Shown: positions 59,413 through 64,000 of the stretch, one piece after another | Layout: each line of letters starts with the position of its first letter | Numbering within the stretch: the stretch's first letter is position 1 | Assembly: GCA_021462855.1 (NCBI GenBank) | Contig: JAJTXQ010000014.1 | Coordinates: 42,042 to 106,041, forward strand | From: Dehalococcoidia bacterium | GTDB taxonomy: Bacteria; Chloroflexota; Dehalococcoidia; DSTF01; JACRBR01 | Direction of reading: 5' to 3' | Length of the DNA: 64,000 bases | The notes under the pieces: generated by a model | What the model saw: the letters and a program-made list of their open reading frames with translations, nothing else | What the model was told of the DNA's origin: nothing | Databases searched by the model: none | Made by a program: the position numbers and the translations under genes

Positions 59413-60339
59413 GTGCTCGATCGGATCGTCTACTGGCTCTTCCGGCTGGCGATCCTCGTGACACGGCCGCTGCCCCTGCGGCTCGGATACTGGTTCGGCG
59501 AGCGAGTGGCGCTGCTCTGCTACTGGCTGGTCTCCCCGCGTCAGCGGCGCGCCCTCAACGCCAACCTCGCCCACGTGCTCCGGAGCGACGATCACCGCTA
59601 CGTGGACGCCGTCGCCCGGCGCAGCTTTCGCAACTTCGGCAAGTACGTCATCGACTTCATCCACTACCCGCTCATGACGCGCGGCGAGGTGCGGCGGCGC
59701 CTCAAGTTCGACCAGTTCCCGGAACTCGACGAGGCGGTCGCCGCCGGCCGCGGCGTGCTCATCGTCACGATCCACTTCGGCAACTGGGACCTCGGCGCGG
59801 CCGCGCTGGCGGCGCACGACTATCCAATCAACGCCATCGCCGAGTCCTTCCGCTACCGGCCGATGGACGACCTCGTGCAGGGTTCGCGCGCGAAGCTCGG
59901 GATGCGCGTCATCGGCCACGACCGGCTCGGGCCGACGGTATTTCGCGCGCTGCGCAACGGCGAGCTGCTCGCCATGCTCGTCGACGTGACCAACGACGCA
60001 CACCACCGGCTCGAGGTCGACTTCTTCGGCGCGCCGGCGCTCGTCTCGTCCGCACCGGCGCGCATCGCGCTGCGCACCAACGCGTGGGTAGTGCCCGCCG
60101 TCGTCATCCGCGGCCCGGACGACGATCTCGACATCCGCCCCATCATCGACACGTCGCTCGGCGGCTTTGCTCCGACCGGAGACGAGCCGCGCGACATCGC
60201 CGAGCTCACACGGCTGATCATGGCATCCCTCGAGCGGACGATCCGCCGCTACCCGGAGCAGTGGTTCATCTTCCGGCGCCTCTGGGGCCGCGCGGCCGCG
60301 CCCGCGCGCCGCGCCGGGGCCATCGCGGAGGGTGCGTGA
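59413..60339 (+). CDS. lysophospholipid acyltransferase (LPLAT/HtrB-PatA-like) 1
   Basis: LPLAT superfamily pattern (FGNWDLG, HHRLE region). Located between ino1 and a PimA-like GT4, as patA sits beside pimA in mycobacteria. Confidence 0.7.
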   Translation: MLDRIVYWLFRLAILVTRPLPLRLGYWFGERVALLCYWLVSPRQRRALNANLAHVLRSDDHRYVDAVARRSFRNFGKYVIDFIHYPLMTRGEVRRRLKFDQFPELDEAVAAGRGVLIVTIHFGNWDLGAAALAAHDYPINAIAESFRYRPMDDLVQGSRAKLGMRVIGHDRLGPTVFRALRNGELLAMLVDVTNDAHHRLEVDFFGAPALVSSAPARIALRTNAWVVPAVVIRGPDDDLDIRPIIDTSLGGFAPTGDEPRDIAELTRLIMASLERTIRRYPEQWFIFRRLWGRAAAPARRAGAIAEGA

Positions 60340-61277
60340 TTAGCGTCCCGTTCCCCCGGCCGCGACTGTGGAAGTACTACCTGATGGTCATCGTCATCAA
60401 CACGATCGGCCGCATGCCGCTGCGATGGCGCTACGGCATCTCGCGCATCGTCAGCGACCGCATCTACGACTGGCGCAAGTCGGTGCGCGAGGCGACGCGC
60501 AGCAACGTGCGCCACGTGCTCGGTCCCGGCGCGAGCGAGGATGAGGTCGACCGCATCGCTCGCCAGTGCGCGCGCAACACGGGCCGCTACTACGCCGACG
60601 TCGTCGGCATGCACCGCATCAACGTGCGCCGCTTCTTCGAAAATGACCTGGTGCTCGAAGGCCTCGAGCATGTCACGCAGGCGCAGGCGCGAGGCCACGG
60701 CGTGGTGCTCGCGTCGGCGCACTACGCCAACCCCGAGTTCGCCGTCCAGGCGCTCGCCGCGGCCGGTATCGAGGTGTTCGCGCTCGTCGAGCCGCTGAAC
60801 CCGCCAGAGCTCGGCCGCCTGATGTGGAACCTGCGCAACGTCCACGGCCACCGCTACGAGCCGGTGAGCTTCAGCGCCGTGAAGCACGCGATGGAGTGGC
60901 TGCGCAACTGCGGCGTCGTCGCGATCCTGGTCGACCGCGACATCCAGAAGCGCGGGATCGAAATCGAGTTCTGCGGCGCGCCAGCGCGCTTCCCCACCGG
61001 CGCCATCGACCTGGCGCTGCGCACGAACGCGGTCGTCGTCCCGGGCTGGGTGCGCCGCATCGGCGAGTTCAAGGTGCACGCACGCCTCGGCCCGGCAATG
61101 CCGCTCGTGCGCACTGGCAACAACGAGGAGGACGTGCGCGTCAACACGGCGTCGCTGCTCGCCCTCTTCGAGCAGCACCTGAAGTCCGACCCGGGCCAGT
61201 GGAGCGTGCTCGACCGCATCTGGCCCGACGACGCGTCCGCGACGCCCGCGCCGTCCGAGACCGCCGCCACGCACTGA
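60336..61277 (+). CDS. lysophospholipid acyltransferase (LPLAT/HtrB-PatA-like) 2, paralog
   Basis: Same fold signature (ASAHYANPE, VDRDIQKRG). GTG 60336 overlaps the upstream TGA (GTGA). Confidence 0.7.
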   Translation: MISVPFPRPRLWKYYLMVIVINTIGRMPLRWRYGISRIVSDRIYDWRKSVREATRSNVRHVLGPGASEDEVDRIARQCARNTGRYYADVVGMHRINVRRFFENDLVLEGLEHVTQAQARGHGVVLASAHYANPEFAVQALAAAGIEVFALVEPLNPPELGRLMWNLRNVHGHRYEPVSFSAVKHAMEWLRNCGVVAILVDRDIQKRGIEIEFCGAPARFPTGAIDLALRTNAVVVPGWVRRIGEFKVHARLGPAMPLVRTGNNEEDVRVNTASLLALFEQHLKSDPGQWSVLDRIWPDDASATPAPSETAATH

Positions 61278-61361
61278 CGCGCCCCGCCGCGCGCAACATC
61301 GTTACAATGCGGCATCGCTGCGGAACCGGCGCGCTACCGCGCGGCGCGGCGACGTGACGAC

Positions 61362-62156
61362 GTGGGCACAGCCGACCTCCACATCCACACGCGCTACGGC
61401 GACGGCATGGCCACCGTCCCGGAACTGCTCCGTTATGTCGCGCAGCGCGGCGGCATCGATGTCATCGCCGTCACCGAGCACGACACCCTGCGCGCCGCCG
61501 GCGAAGCCCGCGAGATGCATGCGCGCGGCGATTACCCCTTCGGGCTGGTCACCGGCATGGAAGTGACCACGCTCGACGGCCACCTCCTCGCGCTGTTCAT
61601 CGACGAGCCCGTGCCGAGCTTCCGCCGCATGGAGGAGACGCTCGTCGCCATCCACCGCCTCGGCGGCCTGGCGGTCGTGCCCCACCCGTTGTCGTGGCTC
61701 ACCCGCAGCGTCAGCGCGAAGGTGCTCGACCGCATCGCCGCCATCGGCAACGACGCCGTGCACTTCGACGCGATCGAGGAGTACAACCTCTCCCCGGCCG
61801 GCCGTGTGACGTCGGCCCGCGTGCGCCGCCTCAACCGCGAGCGATTCCACCTCCCGGCGGTCGGGTCGAGCGACGCGCACTTCCTGCAGGCGATCGGCAG
61901 CGCCCTCACGTCCTTCGAGGGCACGACGCCCGACGACCTGCGCCGTGCCATCGCGGCCGGCACGACCGCGGGGGCCGCGGGGCGCGCGCCCCGCATGTCC
62001 GAGCTGGGATACCGCAACATCGCGTTGCAGCAGTGGCGCGGCATGATGGCGACGCCGCGCAACATGGGCTGGGCGCCGACGATCCGCAGCTTCATCATCA
62101 GCCGCGCGCGTCACCGCCCCGCGCCCGGCGCCGCCCCGGAGGATCCCGCCCGGTGA
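61362..62156 (+). CDS. PHP-domain metal-dependent phosphoesterase
   Basis: ADLHIHTRYGDG (HxH) and VTEHD motifs of the polymerase/histidinol-phosphatase (PHP) fold; GTG start. Confidence 0.65.
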   Translation: MGTADLHIHTRYGDGMATVPELLRYVAQRGGIDVIAVTEHDTLRAAGEAREMHARGDYPFGLVTGMEVTTLDGHLLALFIDEPVPSFRRMEETLVAIHRLGGLAVVPHPLSWLTRSVSAKVLDRIAAIGNDAVHFDAIEEYNLSPAGRVTSARVRRLNRERFHLPAVGSSDAHFLQAIGSALTSFEGTTPDDLRRAIAAGTTAGAAGRAPRMSELGYRNIALQQWRGMMATPRNMGWAPTIRSFIISRARHRPAPGAAPEDPAR

Positions 62157-63313
62157 AGGTCGCGCTCGTTTCGCCCTACGACTGGTCGGTGTCCGGCGGC
62201 GTGAACAACCACATCGCGCCCCTCGCGGCGGAGTTCGTGCGCCTCGGCCACGAGCCGCACATCGTCGCCGCCGGCGCGAAGGCCGCCAAGCCCGGCATCT
62301 GCCCCATCACGACGATCGGGCGGCCGATCCCGCTGCGCGTCAGCGGCTCCGTGGCGCGCATCACGCTGTCCCTGCGCGTCGCCGGCCGCGTGCGCAAGTT
62401 CCTCGAGGAGCACGACTTCGACATCGTGCACGTGCACGAGCCGTTCATGCCGCAGCTGCCAATCCAGTTCCTGCGCTACTCGACTGCGGTGAACGTCGGC
62501 ACGTGGCATGCGGCGCGCGAGTCGAACTTCGTCTACCTCTACGGCCGCCGCCTGATCAAGCGCTGGGCCACCAAGCTCGATGGCAAGATCGCCGTCTCCT
62601 CGGCCGCGGACAAGCACGTGCAGAAGTACTTTCCCGGCTACTACAACATCATCCCGAACGGCGTCGATGTCGAGCACTTCGCACGCGTCGCCGCCCCGCT
62701 GCCGGAGTTCGAGGACGGCAAGCTCAACGTGTTGTTCGTCGGGCGCCCGGAGAAACGGAAGGGGCTGAAGTACCTGGTCCGCGCGTTCGTCGGTGTGCAG
62801 CGCGAGGTCCCCGACACGCGCCTGATCGTCGTCGGCGCCGGCAAGTTCGACCGGTACGAGGCGGCCGTCCGCAACGCCCGGCTGCAAAACGTGCGCTTCC
62901 GCGCCTACGTGCCGTTCGATGAGTTGCCGCGCTACCCCCATACGGCGCACGTCTTCTGCGCGCCCAATACCGGCTTCGAGAGCCAGGGCATCGTCCTGCT
63001 GGAGGCGATGGCGGCCGGCATGCCGATCGTCGCGTCGAACATCGACGGGTTCGCTGGCGTGCTCACGCACGGCGTCGAAGGCCTGCTCGTCACGCCCGAG
63101 GATGCGCCGGCGCTCGCCAGCGCGCTCGTCGATCTGCTGCGCGATCCCGCGCGCCGCCAGGCGATGGGCGAGCGAGGCCGCGAGCGGGCGCAGCACTACA
63201 GCTGGGACCGAGTCAGTCAGCGCGTGCTGTCCTACTACGAGCGGCTCATCTACGAGCGCCGCATGCTCGAGCGCGAGCAGGGCGCCGCCGCCGCCGATCC
63301 CGTCGTCAGCTAG
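62153..63313 (+). CDS. GT4 family glycosyltransferase, PimA-like (phosphatidylinositol mannosyltransferase-like)
   Basis: VKVALVSPYDWSVSGGVNNHI N-terminus and EAMAAGMPIVASNIDG (E-x7-E region) are GT-B GT4 hallmarks. GTGA overlap with the PHP gene. Confidence 0.8.
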   Translation: MKVALVSPYDWSVSGGVNNHIAPLAAEFVRLGHEPHIVAAGAKAAKPGICPITTIGRPIPLRVSGSVARITLSLRVAGRVRKFLEEHDFDIVHVHEPFMPQLPIQFLRYSTAVNVGTWHAARESNFVYLYGRRLIKRWATKLDGKIAVSSAADKHVQKYFPGYYNIIPNGVDVEHFARVAAPLPEFEDGKLNVLFVGRPEKRKGLKYLVRAFVGVQREVPDTRLIVVGAGKFDRYEAAVRNARLQNVRFRAYVPFDELPRYPHTAHVFCAPNTGFESQGIVLLEAMAAGMPIVASNIDGFAGVLTHGVEGLLVTPEDAPALASALVDLLRDPARRQAMGERGRERAQHYSWDRVSQRVLSYYERLIYERRMLEREQGAAAADPVVS

Positions 63314-63326
63314 CGTCGGCCGCGCA

Positions 63327-64000
63327 TCAGCCGCACGAGGTCCCGTGCTGCCGCACCGCGATGCGTATGTCGAGCGTGTTGACGCTGTTGTCGCCATTCA
63401 CGTCGTACACGGCGGCGACTGCGCCAACGTTCTTCGCGATCATTGCGAGGTCAAGGACATTCACCCGCCGGTCGATGTTCACATCGGCGCATGCGCGCGT
63501 GAGCGGCGCGTATCCCAGCGCGGCAAGCGCGTCCGCGATCGCGGCGCCCCCGTTGGCGTTCGGGTGGACTCCGTCGTAGACGTAGCCGAGCATCCATGGG
63601 TCGTCGGCGCCGCTCGGGCCGTTGAAGATCGCGTGCACATTCGCCACGCGCATGTCTCGCGTCGTGGCCGCCGACGCGTGGATGTGGTCGTTCATCGCGA
63701 GCAGGTACGAATTCAGCAGTTCGAACGGCGGATCTTCGCCGGCCTGATCGAACGTGGGAACGGCATAGTACAGGTCGAAGGCACGGATGATCGTACCGGG
63801 CGCGCGTAGCGCATCGATCTCGCCGAGGATCGCATCCCAGTTCGCCTGGAATCCGGCGACCACCGCACGAAGGCAATCCTGGCCATCCACCCCGCCACAG
63901 GTCCCGTCAACATAGGAAGCACGGGCCGGCCAGAAGTCGTTGATCCCGACCTGCAGCGTCACGATCTCGGCGCCCGCAAGCGCGTCCCTCCCCGCGCCGT
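63327..64000 (-). CDS. SGNH/GDSL-type hydrolase with C-terminal dockerin-like repeats; 5' end outside window
   Basis: C-terminal DVNIDRRVNVLDLAMIAK and DVNGDNSVNTLDIRIAV match the tandem dockerin repeat (DxNxDGxVNxxDxxxL). The upstream part resembles an SGNH esterase (DGVHPN). The reading frame is open to the window edge. Confidence 0.55.
   Translation of the reverse strand, partial: GAGRDALAGAEIVTLQVGINDFWPARASYVDGTCGGVDGQDCLRAVVAGFQANWDAILGEIDALRAPGTIIRAFDLYYAVPTFDQAGEDPPFELLNSYLLAMNDHIHASAATTRDMRVANVHAIFNGPSGADDPWMLGYVYDGVHPNANGGAAIADALAALGYAPLTRACADVNIDRRVNVLDLAMIAKNVGAVAAVYDVNGDNSVNTLDIRIAVRQHGTSCG

Noticed and set aside
62111-63397. ORF 62111..63397 (-) antisense to the GT4 gene
   Set aside because: Shadow frame.

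Overview
This is a 64-kb, visibly GC-rich (roughly 70% by eye, not computed) bacterial chromosomal segment. It is densely coding on both strands and I see no transposase, integrase or CRISPR array. Lipobox-type signal peptides on NosZ and its partner cupredoxin suggest a high-GC monoderm-like lineage (Actinobacteria- or Chloroflexi-like, not assignable from sequence alone).

Housekeeping content, in order: a split ADP-forming acetyl-CoA synthetase (beta then alpha) with ridA, a HIT protein and a HEXXH membrane protein; a minus-strand run of a HAD hydrolase, a GT-C membrane glycosyltransferase, argH and rpe; an HD-GYP membrane receptor; dnaX-ybaB-recR; a GH20 hexosaminidase translationally coupled to ybeY.

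Next is a partial nuo locus in the order A-C-D-H-J-K-[DUF2007-like]-L-M-N, with no room for nuoB, nuoI or nuoEFG. A 7Fe ferredoxin, cimA and an APC-family permease follow. Then come a polyprenyl synthase, tatD, metG and rsmI on the minus strand, a GuaB3-like IMPDH-family gene and tRNA-Gly(GCC).

Directly after the tRNA sits a clade II (Sec/lipoprotein-type) nitrous-oxide reductase cluster: cupredoxin, nosZ, nosB-like, nosD, nosF, nosY and a small membrane protein. Downstream are a cNMP-binding/patatin gene whose two domains lie in different reading frames, a MacB-like ABC pair, a J-domain protein, an SDR, an MBL hydrolase, recQ, an MFS transporter, a nitroreductase and a crotonase.

The window ends with an inositol-lipid (PIM-like) cluster: an HTH-fused myo-inositol-1-phosphate synthase, two acyltransferases, a PHP phosphoesterase and a PimA-like GT4. 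The last gene is a partial SGNH hydrolase with dockerin repeats.

The most unusual items are the nuo locus lacking B and I, the cupredoxin-type clade II nos cluster beside a tRNA, the frame-split cNMP-patatin gene, the HTH-MIPS fusion, and several strongly SD-driven micro-ORFs. Many long alternate-frame ORFs in the supplied track are R/A/G-rich shadows of real genes and were not called.
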